Below are positions 1 through 12,154 of a DNA stretch of 64,000 bases, in pieces (position 1 is the stretch's first letter; every line of letters starts with the position of its first letter). A program made the position numbers and the translations under genes. Origin of the DNA: Cyanophora paradoxa CCMP329 (Eukaryota; Plantae; Glaucophyta); assembly GCA_004431415.1 (NCBI GenBank), contig QPMI01000039.1, positions 558,001 through 622,000 of the forward strand. Direction: 5' to 3'. The notes below the pieces were generated by a model. It had not been told where the DNA came from. It did not search any database and worked only from the letters and a program-made list of their open reading frames with translations.

Positions 1-1
1 G

Positions 2-3000
2 GCGACTCTCGGCCACCGCGCACGGGCGATTCGCGTTCGCGACGACGCGAGGGCCGGTGACGTTCGCGCTCAAGCGGCGACTCCGGGCAACGTCCTGGGC
101 GTCGACTTGCCGCCGGAGGAGGCTAAGGATCGCCTTCTGAAGGCCCTGAAGCCCCTGGCCGGCCCGGGCAAGCGCAAGGACATCAAGAAGATCATGATCA
201 TCGGCTCTGGCCCTATCGTTATCGGTTCTGCATGCGAATTCGACTACTCTGGCTCTCAGGCGTGCAAGGCGCTTCGTTCGGAGGGCTACGAGGTCGTCCT
301 GATCAACTCCAACCCCGCCACCATCATGACGGACCCGGAGATGGCGGAGCGTACGTACGTGAACCCGCAGACCATCGACCAGCTGGAGAAGATTCTCCAG
401 AAGGAGAAGCCCGACGCGATCCTCCCGACTATGGGCGGCCAGACCGGCCTGAACGCGGCTATGGACCTCTACCACGCGGGTATCCTCGACAAGGTGCGCG
501 TTTCTTTCTCTTCCTTAATCTTAATCCGGGGCTCTGTTGTTGACCCCGCCCCCGCGCGCAGTACAATGTGGAGCTCATCGGCGCAAAGGTCGCGGCCATC
601 AAGAAGGGCGAGGACCGCCTCGAGTTCAAGGATCTCATGGCGGAGCTCAACGTGCCCGTGCCCAAGGCTGGCATCGCGCACAACATCGCCGAGGCTAAGG
701 ACGTCGCCGAGGTCCGCCGCGAACCGCCCCCCGCCTGAATTCGATCCGCGGTCCGTTCTGATCGGGCGGGCTCCCGTGCGCGCGTAGTACATTGGCTCGT
801 TCCCGCTCATCATTCGCCCCGCCTTCACGATGGGCGGCTCTGGCGGCGGTGTCGCGTACAACGCCGAGGAGTACGAGGTCATGGCCCAGAAGGGCCTCGA
901 CGCCAGCCCGGTCTCCGAGATCCTCGTCGAGCGGTCTCTGCTCGGCTGGAAGGAGTACGAGATGGAGGCGCGCCCGTCCGCTCGGCCGCGCGACCCTTCG
1001 TCGGCTGACCGTTCCCCCGGCAGGTCATGCGTGACACCGAGGACAACGTCGTGATCATCTGCTCCATCGAGAACTTCGATCCTATGGGCGTCCACACCGG
1101 TCCGCGCCGCGCCCGACCGCCCCGCCCCGCTCCCGCCGCGCGCCACCGACGTGCCGCTCGCGCAGGCGACTCGATCACAGTCGCGCCCATCCAGACCCTC
1201 ACCGATCGCGAGTTCCAGGTGCCCCGTGCTCTGACCGCGCCGCGCGCCGCGCCGCGCGGCTCACGCCCCGCCGGCCAGGTCCTCCGCGACGCCTCCATCG
1301 CCATCATCCGCGGCGTCGGCGTCGAGACCGGCGGCTCCAACATCCAGGTACGCTGCGCCGCGCCGCCCGCTCCCCTGCCGCCCCGCCCGCCGCCCCCTGA
1401 CTGACGCGCCCGCTCCCCTCCCCCTCCCTCCGCCCCCCGCAGTTCGCCGTGAACCCCGAGAACGGCGACTACATCGTCATCGAGATGAACCCCCGCGTGT
1501 CGCGCTCCTCGGCCCTCGCCTCGAAGGCCACCGGCTTCCCCATCGCCAAGGTCCGCCCCGACCGCGAGCGACGCTCTGCGCCGCCGCCCGCCCCACGCCC
1601 GCCGACGCGCCCCCGCAGATGGCGGCGAAGCTGGCGACGGGCCAGACGCTGGCGGAGATCCGCAACGACATCACGAAGGAGACGCCGGCGCTCTTCGAGC
1701 CGACCATCGACTACGTCGTCGTCAAGGTCCCCCGCTTCGCCTTCGAGAAGTTCCCCGGCGCCGACGTGCGTAGCATAGCACGCGAGGGCGCGCCCGCTCG
1801 CTCGTGCGACGCCGCCTGACCGGCGGCGCGCCCCGCAGGCGGTGCTCACGACCCAAATGAAGTCGGTCGGCGAGGCGATGTCCATCGGGCGCTCCTTCCA
1901 GGAGTCGCTGCAGAAGGCGCTGCGCTCGCTCGAGGTCGGGCGCGCCGGCTGGGGCGGCGACATGGACGAGGAGGAGATGCCGCTGGACAAGCTGCGCGCC
2001 TCGCTCGCGACGCCCAACCCGGAGCGCGTCTGGCACATCCGCACCGCCTTCGAGCGGGGCATGTCGGTCGAGGAGGTCTTCGACCTCTCCCAGATCGACC
2101 CCTGGTTCCTCCACAAGCTCAAGAACCTCCTCGACTTCGAGGAGCGCCTCCTCCCCAAGGGAAAGTGAGCGGCCCGCGGCCCGCCCCGCGCCCGCCGAGC
2201 CCCCGTCGCCGCTCGGGACTCGTCTCACCGTCGGCGCCGCCCGGGCAGGAACCTGATGGATATCACGGCGGACGAGCTGTTCCGGATCAAGCAGGAGGGC
2301 TTCTCGGACCGCCAGATCGCGTACAAGACGGGCACGAACGAGATGACCGTGCGCGCCTACCGCAAGAAGCTCGGCGTCCTCCCCGTCTACAAGCTCGTCG
2401 ACACCTGCGCCGCCGAGTTCGAGGTCCGTTGACAGCAGTCTTCTTCAAGCCTATCTAGCGAAGCTTAGCTCGAATTGAGCGTAGCTGCCGCCCCGCGCGC
2501 CTCTGACGCGCGGCGCGCGCAGGCCTTCACGCCGTACTACTACAGCACGTACGAGCTCTCCGGCGAGTCCGAGGTCCGGCCCCCGATCGGCAAGCCCAAG
2601 GTCATGATCCTCGGCGGCGGCCCCAACCGCATCGGCCAGGCGAGCCCTCCCCGTGCCCCCTTCAAGACCTTCCCCGAGTCTGAGCCCGGTCGCAGGGTAT
2701 CGAGTTCGACTACTGCTGCTGCCACGCTTCGTTCGCGCTCCGCGACGCCGGGTACGAGACCATCATGGTCAACTGCAACCCCGAGACCGTCTCCACGGGT
2801 GCGCGCCCCGCCGCCGCCCATGTACCCCCCCCCCCCCCCTTCTGACGCGCGGGGCGGGGCAGACTACGACACGTCGGACCGGCTCTACTTCGAGCCGCTG
2901 ACGCTGGAGGACGTGTGCAACATCATCGACGCGGAGAAGCCGGCCGGCATCATCCTCCAGTTCGGCGGGCAGACGCCTCTCAAGCTCGCCCTCTCCCTCC

Positions 3001-4572
3001 AGAAGTACGTGAACGACCACCCGGAGCTCGGCTGCAAGATCTGGGGCACGTCCCCCGACTCGATCGACGTGGCGGAGGACCGCGAGCGCTTCGAGAAGAT
3101 CCTGCGCAAGCTGGACATCGCGCAGCCGCCCAACGGCCTCGCCCGCACCTTCGAGGTGGCCCGCGACGTCGCCTCCAAGGTCGAGTACCCCGTCGTCGTG
3201 CGCCCCTCGTACGTGCTCGGCGGCCGCGCCATGGAGATCGTCTACGACGAGAAGGAGCTCGAGCGGTCCGCCCGCCCGCCCGCCTTTCGCTCAGCTCTGC
3301 CCTGCTGAACCTTGAACCTCGCAGGTACATGGAGTACGTGAAGACGCTGACGGAGGGGCAGGAGCACCCGATCCTCATCGACCACTTCCTCGAGGACGCC
3401 ATCGAGATCGACGTCGACGCCATCGGCGACACCGAGGGCAACTACGTCATCGGCGGCATCATGGAGCACATCGAGCAGGCGAGCAGCGCCAGCCTCCCCG
3501 CCTCCCTCGCGTTCTCCTCTTCGTTCCTCTGACGCGCTGGCGGGGGCAGGCCGGCATCCACTCGGGCGACTCGGCGTGCTCGATCCCGACGCAGTCGCTC
3601 TCGCCGGCGACGCTCGCGACGATCCGCGACTGGACGATCCGCATCGCCAAGGAGCTCAAGGTCGTGGGCCTCATGAACATCCAGTGGGCCGTCCAGGGCG
3701 AGAAGGTCTTCATCCTCGAGGCGAACCCGCGCGCCTCGCGCACGGTGCCGTACGTCTCGAAGGCGATCGGCGTGCCGCTGGCGAAGCTGGCGGCGCTGTG
3801 CATGTCGGGGCGCTCGCTGCCCGAGTTCGGCTTCACGAAGGAGATCGTCCCCAAGCACGTGGCCGTGAAGGAGGCCGTCCTCCCCTTCGACAAGTTCCCC
3901 GGCGCCGACACCCTCCTCGGCCCCGAGATGCGCTCCACCGGCGAGGTCCGTACCCCTCCGCTTTGTCAGCTTTCGAACCCCGCTGAGCCCCGCGTCTCCT
4001 CTCAGGTGATGGGCGTCGACTACGACTTTGGGAAGGCGTACGCGAAGGCGCAGCTGGCGGCCTTCCAGCGGCTGCCGACGCAGGGCACCGTCTTCGTCTC
4101 CGTCAACGACCGCACCAAGCCCAAGATCGTGGACGTCGTCAAGGACTTCCAGGCGCTGGGCTTCCAGGTCGTGGCGACGGCGGGAACGCGCCGCTACCTC
4201 ACCGCCCAGGGCATCGAGGTCGAGTCCGTCCGCAAGGTCTACGAGGGCCGCCCCAACGTCACCGACTGGCTCAAGAACGGCTGGATCCAGCTCATGATCG
4301 TGACGCCCTCGTCGGACCCCGCCGAGCTCAGCGAGGGCCGCTCCGTGCGGCGCACGGCGCTCGCGTACAAGGTCCCAATCGTGACGACGGTGGCGGGGGC
4401 GCGGGCGACGGCGGCGGCGATTAAGGCGCTGAACGAGGGGCTGGACCCCAAGCCGCTGCAGGACTACAACATGGAGACGCACGGGCACCGGTTCGGCTGG
4501 GGCGCCAAGATCAACAAGATCCTCCGCGGCTCCGAGGAGCTCTCCTCCATGTCCGCCCCCGCCGACGCGTGA
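2..4572 (+). CDS. carB: Carbamoyl-phosphate synthase large subunit, 15 introns, start codon upstream of the window, probably plastid-targeted
   Basis: Spliced translation gives [94 protein letters not shown] and a C-terminal MGS-like domain. Stop TGA at 4570-4572. An Arg/Ala-rich N-terminal extension is open to base 2. Confidence 0.97.
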
Positions 4573-5012
4573 CGTCACGGGCCCGCTTTGGCCCGCCCCG
4601 CCCCGGCCCATCTTCAGGCCTCTCGGCCTGCCCGGACCCAGGCGGCGGCCCGGCCGGCCGGCGCGCGGCAGGAGGCGCCGCCTGTACCTTTCTTTTTCGC
4701 GGCCGCCCGGGCCCCGCGCGCCCCCGGCGGCGCGTTGTAGAGTGCGTTCGTTTGTGCTTTCGTTGGCAGCAGGGACCGTAGCGCTAGGGATCGAGGTGAT
4801 TTAACATGTACTCTTACGTATCGTATACGTCTTTCAATGCAGATGGAAATGTGGCGAGAGCCGCTGAGCGCGAAGCTGATGGCTGTGGCTCCAGCGGGAG
4901 CTGTCTTCGGCTTTGACCCTAGCCTTGCCGGCCTGCAGCTGGCCATGGGACTTGATAGAGGGGGGCGGGGGAGGGGGGGTAAAGCCTCCAGAATTGACAG
5001 GTCAACTTCGAC

Positions 5013-7379
5013 ATGGCCAGCCGCAGCACGGGCAAGCGCGCGCGGCAGGAAGCTGATGTCGAAAGCATTGGCACGGATGAGGAGATCACCGTGGCACCCG
5101 CACAGGCATATGCATCCGTCCCGGCGCAAGTGTTGGGCGACTGCAGGCCATCTCCGACGGGAATCACGAGGATAAAAGGTACCATCTCAATCGTTGCGCG
5201 CTTTTGCGAGGCTAAGGACGCGGCAGGTCCGGCGCTCGTCGGTGTGCCGCCTTCCGAGAACTGGCAGCAAGCGCTGCTGCACGCCGCGATGCGCGATCTG
5301 CGCGTCGAGGGCCTTTCAGCAGCAGACTTAGAGCTTTACTTCTACTGGCAGCTGCCGCATCGTCGGAACTTCGCGGTTGTGGGCGCCGGCGCGCGCATGC
5401 CAGCTATCGACGATGGTTTCTTCTACATCGCGAGGAGAGGCGGAGACTGGCCCGAGACGGAGCACCATCCCTTCCTGCATCGCCTGTATTCGCAGACGTC
5501 AGCGCTAGCGTCAAGCGCGCCAGCCGCGGCCGCAGCACCGGTACCGTCGCCGGCTCCGGCTCCGGCGGCCGCGGCGGGAACAGGCGCAGCGAGCGCTGGC
5601 GCGATGTCGGCGGCGGAGGTGGCAGCCATCTTCGCGGCCGCGGCGCAGGCCGTCGTGGCGGCCAGCAGCGCGCAGCCCAGGCAGAGCGCGGGGAGCGCGA
5701 CAGAGCGGGAGCAGGACGTCGACCCGGCCGCTGTCTCGCAGCAAGCTCCGCCCCCGTCGCTGCCGCGCGGCGGGAGCGTCGGCGACAGGCGACAGTCAAC
5801 AAGCAAAGACAATGTGAGCGGCAGAGCAACCAGCCAGAGTCAGGTGGGAGTCCTTTCCTTGAAGAGTCGAGCGGGCCCGGCTGATGCGCGGTCTGCCGCA
5901 GCGGGGCCCCGCGAGCTCGTCGCCGGGGAGCGTCTCTGGGGAGTCCGCCGCAGAGCGCATCGTGTCGGAGCCGTCCTCCGCGCCGCCCACCGCGCCGGGC
6001 CCCAGCGCCGGACCCAGCCAGGTTGCTCCGGCCGCAACGCATGGATCCGTGCGCGGGGCTGACCATGCTGCGCGCAGCCGGCTGCTGCCCCGGAGATTCA
6101 GGTTTTTGGTGGAGAGAGTATCACGGAAGCCGTGGCGCGCGCCGCCCCGGGGCAGACCGTCCGCCTCGCCCCCGGCCAGTGCGCCCCCTGCGCCCCGTCC
6201 GCGGCCCTCAGCCGCGCCTCGGACCAACGCTGCCCCGCAGGTACAAGGAGAAGCTGGTGCTGAACAAGGACGTGCACATCGTCGGGCCGCCAGACGCGGA
6301 GGCCGTCCTCGAGTGGGATAAGGGGCCCACGCTGCACTGCACGGGCCCCGCGGCGCCGAGCGTCAAGGGCATCACGATCCGATGCTCGGCGCCGGAATGG
6401 CCAGCGATTTGGATCACGGGCGGGAGCCGGGCGGCCGTGGAGAACTGCGATGTCTCCAGCACCTGTCTCAGCGGCATCGAAGTCCGCGACGAGGGGACGG
6501 CCCCGACGCTGCGCGGTGGGTGCCCCGCCCCCGCCCCCCGCCCTCGCTGCACAGGAATTCCGATTCCGCGCTGCACAGGAAACACGGTGCACGACTGCGG
6601 CCAAGCGGGCATCGTTTTCCGCACGTCGGCAAAGGGCGTCGCGGAGGGCAACGACGTCTTCGGCAACGCGAACGCAGGCATCGGGATCGCGACCGGCGCG
6701 GACCCCGTTGTGCGGGCCAACAAGGTCCACGATGACAAGCAGGGCGGCATCCTCGTGTACGAGAACGGGCGGGGCACCGTCGAGGGCAACGACGTCTACG
6801 GCAACGCGAGGGCGGGCATCGCGATCTCGACCGGCGCGGACCCCGTCGTGAAGGGCAACAAGGTCCACGACGGCATGGCGAGCGGCATCCTCGTGGCCGA
6901 GAACGGGCGGGGCACGGTCGAGGGCAACGACGTGTTCGGCAACGCGAACTCGGGCATCGCGATCTCGACCGGCGCGGACCCCGTCGTGCGGGGGAACAAG
7001 GTCCACGACGGCAAGCAGGGCGGCATCTTCGTGTACGAGAACGGGCGGGGCACCGTCGAGGGCAACGACGTCTACGGCAATGCGAGCTCGGGCATCCAGA
7101 TCAGGGAGGGCGCGGACCCCGTCGTGCGGGGCAACCGGTGCGCCCGCGAGCTCCTCTATAGCTGCGCCTCCTCCCACCCCATCTCCCCCGCCCCTGACAC
7201 CGGCCCCCCACAGGGTCCGCAACCAGCAGTTCGGGATCTACGTATACGAAGGCGGCAAGGGCACCGTTTCGGGCAACACGATCGAGCGCATCTCGGACCC
7301 GTCCTTCGCGCCCTGCGGCGGCGTGAAGGTCCTCGACGGCTGCACGCCGGTCGTGCAGGGGAACACGTTCCGCCCGTAG
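5013..7379 (+). CDS. Protein with an unknown N-terminal domain, a low-complexity linker and a C-terminal right-handed parallel beta-helix (PbH1/CASH, FBXO11-like repeats)
   Basis: In-frame splice path: 5013-5843, 5902-6021, 6078-6178, then 6241 onward with two further introns, stop TAG 7377-7379. Repeats such as GNDVYGNARAGIAISTGADPVVKGNKVHDG. Confidence 0.8.
6644..7137 (+). repeat. 138-bp (46-aa) coding tandem repeat, 3 full units plus a partial unit
   Basis: GAGGGCAACGACGT recurs at 6644, 6782, 6920 and 7058, exactly 138 bp apart. Confidence 0.95.
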
Positions 7380-7519
7380 CGCTGCGAGCTCGGGCGGAAG
7401 CTCCTTCGAAGATCCCCACCAGTAGCGCCAGCAGCGCTTGCATTGCAGGTGCATTTTTTAATTGCAGATGCGCATTCAATTTACAAGGTTTCTTCTATAT
7501 ATGTAATATGAAGTAGCCG

Positions 7520-10500
7520 GGCGGGGGGCGCGGGGGCGGGCGCGGGGGCTTCGGGCGGGCGGGCGGGTCGACGTCGGTGCACTCGGAGGCAGTGGCGCGC
7601 CGCGGCGCGGGGCTGAGGCCGGCGGCGGCGGCCCCCGGATCGGGGGTCGAGGGGTGGGCGGGGCCCCTCCCTTCGACTCCTGTGGAGCTAGCTATAGAGG
7701 GATCAGGGGTGGAGGGGTGGGCGGGGCAGCTCCCTTCGACTCGGCGACTGCGACGGCGAGCTCCGCTCCCTTGAGCGGAGCATGAGCTTGAGCGGAGGCG
7801 GCGGGGCGCGGGGGTACCGGGCGACCGTACGCGTCCCCGACAGGTGCCTGCGGCCCAGAGGCCCGGGGGTCGGTCGCGGGTCGGGGGTACGTGCCTTGCA
7901 CATGTACAGCTGCAGGTGCTGACGCCAGCCTGACGGCGCGGGTCGCTCGCCGCGCGTGCACGCCAAAGGCGGAATTCAAAGTTCACAGGGCGCGATCTGG
8001 AGCCGGCGAGGGCGGCGAGGGAGCGCGCGGAGGCGGCGGGGCGGGGCGGGCCGCGCGGGGGCGGCGGGCGGCGGCTCGGCCCTCAGACGAGTCGGCCCGC
8101 TGCCCGCCGCGCCGCACCAGAGGCGGTCCAGCGGCGGCCGGGGGAGGAGGCGGTCGGGGCGAGGACGGATCGGAGCCGGCGGGGCGGGGGCGACGGGGCG
8201 CGGGGGAAGCGAAGGGCGGGGGCGCCTCGGGGCAGGGGCCCTGCGGTCGAGCCCGGGGCGAGGGCGGGGGCGGGGGTGGGGGCGGGGGCGGGGAGGGGGG
8301 AAGGGGAGCGGGGAGGGGAGGGGGACGCGGAGCCGGAGTAGGGGGGGAGCAAAGAGAGGGGGAGGGGGAGCCGGAGCGGGGGAGGGCGGGGCGGAGGGGA
8401 AGAGCGTCGGCGAGGCCCGAAGAAGAAGAGATAAGGCGTTCAGGTGAAGAGAAGAGTGAAGGGAGAAGGAAGGAGCGGCTCGCTTGCGGACGGCCGGGCG
8501 GGAGCGGCCCGCGGGCCGGGCGGCTCGGTGGCGGCTAGGGAAGGGCTTCAGAAGGAGGGGAGGGGGAGAAAAGCGCCCTCTGCTGGGGCGGGGCGCGGGG
8601 CGGGGGACGGGGGCGGTGCCGGAGCGGCGCGGATGGGCGGGGCGGGGGCGAGCCGACGAGGGAAGCGGGGTGGGGGTGGAGGTGGGGTGGGGTGGGGGTA
8701 CTGGGCCAGGGACCAGGGGTCGCGTAGCGGGGGGAGGCGAGGCCCCCGCGGAACCCTCGGGAGAGGAGGTCGGGCGGGAGCTTCAGAGGGAGGGCGGGGG
8801 GCGCCGGGGCGCCGGGCAGGGCGGGGAGCGCACGCGTACGGGAGGCGCAGAGGCGGCGGAGGGCCCGCCACAGGAGGCGGGGGCGGGGACCGGAGACGTA
8901 AAGGGCGGCGGCACGCCAGCGGCAGCAACGCGGAGGAGGAGGCCGGCGGGGCGGCCCCGCGGCAGTCCACAGAGGCTCGAGGGGAGAGGCGCGTCGCGCC
9001 GGGCGCCGATGCGGAGCGGCTATGAGCTGAGCGGACGCGTCAGCGGGATCGGGATCGGATCGGGGAGGGCAGGGCGGAGGGATCGGACCTGCTCGGCGTG
9101 CGACTGCGCGAACTCAGGCGGCCTCGGACGGGGGGACGGGGGAGAGGCGGGGCGGGGCGAGGGGCGAGGGCGGGGCGGGGGCGCCCCGGCCCCGCTCACC
9201 GGCGAGCGCGCGGAGGCGCGGGGGCTGCTGAGGCGCCGGCGCAGGAGCGGACTCCGGGAGGTCCACGGCCGCCCCGGGCCCAGGCCCGGCGCGAGGCGGG
9301 GCGGGGGGGCTCCCCGCAGGCGGCCCGACGGGGGCGCCCGGCCCGCCCGCTCGCCCACGCGGCGCCCGCACCGCTCCTGCGCCGCGGGCGGAGGCGAGGG
9401 CCCGGGGCGGGGCGGGTGGGGCGGGGTGGGGCGGGGTGGGGCGGGGTGGGGCGGGACGGGGCGGCGGGGGGTACCCGCACCGAAGGATTACGGGGCGGGC
9501 GGCGGGAAGTGTTCTCCGCGGCCGGCGGCGCCGAAGCCGGCGGCGGTGGGTCCGGCGGAGAGGCGTGGCTTCGGGTTCTCCGCCCTGCGGTCACGGCGGG
9601 ATCAGCGAGAGCCACAGAATCACTGAGGCGGGCGTGCAGGCGGCTCGGCGAGCGCCCTCGGGTCAACGGAGGAGACGGGCGGCGGAGGGGGCCGGTAAGA
9701 GGGGGCTCAAGGAGGGGAAGACGAGCGAACGGTGCGGGTGGTAGGGGGGAAGCGCCAGAGATGTGGAGGGCACGGGGCGCAAGGGAAGGGGAAGTGGTGG
9801 GAAGGGTAGCGGGCGAAGAGGGGTACAGGGCACGGGAGGGGGTACGAGGGAGGGGCAGCAAGGGGCGTGTGCGGGCTGCAGAGAGGACGTGCGCGGCGGG
9901 GGTGGACAGGGGCAGGGGGAGGGGTAGGAAGGGGAGGAGAGCCCGGAGGGCCGGTCCCAGGCGTCTGCGCCCCCCGCCTTGTGCTTATATCAGAGCTGCT
10001 CGCGATCGGAGCTGGAGCCGGGGCGGGGATGGGGGCGGGGAGGCGCCAGGGGCGGGGGCGGGGGAGAGGAGGCAGAGAGGGAGGCGGAGGGCACCCTGCC
10101 GCGGCGCGGCGCGGCTCGGCGGGGGAGGGGCGGGGCGGGGGAAGAGGGTGGCGCTGAGGCGAGGCCTAGGAGCGCCTGCGCGGCCCGCCGACGCGTCCGC
10201 TGGCCGCGAGAGGGGCTGAGGACCCGGGGCGGCCGCGAGGGGCCTCCGGCGGGGCGGCCCGAAGCTGAGCGGGGGAAGGGGCGGCGGAGAACTTCGGAAG
10301 GCGTCCGAGGCGCATCGGGCGGGGCCGCGGGGCTCGGAGGGGGGCGGGGGGCGACGCCTCGAACTCGCCTCCGATGAGGGGCGGAGGCGGCGGAGGCGGC
10401 GGCGCAGGAGGCGCGCGTGCCGGCGCCCCGTGAGCCCGCGAGGGGCGGACGGGGGAGGGGAGGGGCGAGGCCATGGGGCGCCCGAGGCCGGGCGGGGGGC

Positions 10501-11590
10501 GGGGCGGCAAGGAGGGCGTCCCGGGGGAGCCCGAGGGCGGGCTCGGGCCGGCGACCCGGGGAGGAAGGCGCGGGGGAGGAGCGGGAAGAGGAGCGTGAAG
10601 CGGGCGCTTCCTCGCGAACGAAGCCGCCGGCGCGGCCTCCTCCTCGCCCGCTGCGCTCACCACTTCGAGTACCCGGGGGGCGCTTCGGGGGGTACCGCAG
10701 CCCTCTTCCTCCTCCGCCCCGCCCCCCATCGCGGCCTGCGCGGGCGCCTCAGGGGCAGGCCGCGGCGGCAAAGAACGGGAAAGAAGTTGGTACCCTGGCT
10801 GCCTCCTCCCCCGCTGTCCCTCCTCGTCGACTTCGCTCACTCGTCTCCGAGTTGGAGGCGGAGGAGGGCTCAGGGAGGGGGGGGAGGGGGGGGGAGGGGG
10901 AGGAGGAGGGGTTAGGGGGGGGGAGGGGCCGGGGGGGGGGGGGGGCGTAGGAGCGCAGCGCCGGATATGTGGAGGGCAAGGGGCGAGCAGGGGTAGCGAA
11001 AGAGAAGGGGAGGGGCGGGAGGGGGTAGGGGGCGAAGAGGCATGCAGGGCACGGAGGGGGTACGGGGGAGGAGCAGGAAGGAGCGTGTGCGGCTCGAAGG
11101 GCGGGCGCGGCGGGGGCGATGAGAGGCAGGGAGGGGCAGGAGGGGGAGGAGAGCCCGGAGGGCCGGTCCCTGGCGTCTGCGCCCCCCGCCCCGTGCTATA
11201 AGGAGACCGCGAGCGGGGTGGGGTACGGGAGGGCGCACACAGGGGCCTGCGGGAGGCACGGGGGGCCGGCGCTGCGGGCGGACAGGAAGCGCTCGCCCGC
11301 GCCGCCGCGCGGAGGCCCGCCGGAGGCCTCGCCGCCGGGGACCGGGGGCGGGCCCGGGCGGGGAGGGGAGGCCGGGAGGGCCACCGCCCGCCGCCTGCGT
11401 CGCCGCCTGCGCCTCCCGCTCCTCGCAAAGACTGAAAGACTCGCAAAAAAAGAGGGGCCCCGGGCCCTCTCCGAGCTCGGCGCGAGGGGCGCCGCCTCTT
11501 GCGCCCCGCAGGCGCGGCGCCGGCCCCGCGCACCTGCGCCGCAGCGCCCCGAAGCGCGCGAGCGGATGCGGTCCGACGCGGGGCCGAGCA
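7520..11590 (-). other. Possible spliced low-complexity or decayed gene on the minus strand
   Basis: The minus strand shows exon-like stretches (SEVDEEGQRGRRQP; AAMGGGAEEEEGCGTPRSAPRVLEVV) bounded by GT...GTACC donors and CTGA...CAG acceptors. No recognisable domain, and I could not build a complete ORF. Confidence 0.3.
9700..10005. repeat. Diverged partial copy (A) of a local duplication
   Basis: ATGTGGAGGGCA...GGAGGGCCGGTCCC(A/T)GGC(G/A)TCTGCGCCCC matches ~10865-11210 and ~14050-14345. Confidence 0.75.
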
Positions 11591-12110
11591 TTGGCACCGG
11601 CCGCGGCACGCCGCCTCGGCGCGGGGCCCGCGGCAGCCGGCAGCCGGCCCGCTGGCGAGAGTGAGTCTTGCTGGCCGGCCGCGGCAGCTGAGTGAGTCAG
11701 CCGAGTGAGCTAGCGCCGCCGGCTCTCGGAGTGAGCGACCGCGGCCGGCAGCACTGATCGCCTCAGACGCCTCAGATACCTCGAAAAACGCCTCAGATGG
11801 ACGCACCGATCGTCCTCGAGCTCTCGCAGCGTGCCCGGCGGCGGCGCGGCGAGGGTCCACACCGCTGAGAGCCAGGGACGAGCGCTGCGAAGGGAGGCCG
11901 CCGCTGCTGCGGGAACCGGACGCTGCGCGCGCTGCCCTCGCTTTGGATCCTCGCTCCGGTACAGGTCCGGTCCGCGCTGCTGAGAGGCGTCGCTGGAGCG
12001 CGCGAGGGACGAGCGCAGTGTGGGAAAGGCTGCGCCTACTGCGAGAATTGAAATCTCATCACCGCAGAGCTGCGCGAGTCTTCCAGCGGGACCCGCCCTC
12101 GGCTTGGACT
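10555..12110. repeat. Copy B of a ~1.4-1.5 kb direct duplication
   Basis: Colinear blocks shared with 13743-15050, e.g. CCCATCGCGGCCTGCGCGGGCGCCTCAGGGGCAGG, ACTGAAAGACTCGCAAAAAAAGAGGGGCCC and GCGCGAGCGGATGCGGTCCGACGCGGG. Confidence 0.9.
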
Positions 12111-12154
12111 ACCCGTCGGCGCGTCCGTAGACATACCCGTCCCTTAGATGGCCC

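Noticed and set aside
2-4572. carB, M16 peptidase and histidine kinase as bacterial contamination or recent HGT
   Set aside because: All carry numerous spliceosomal introns, and carB and M16 have targeting extensions. They are established nuclear genes.
7960-11100. Purine/G-rich strand skew as a G-quadruplex system
   Set aside because: It matches the complement of the C-rich introns seen in all minus-strand genes here, so no separate explanation is needed.
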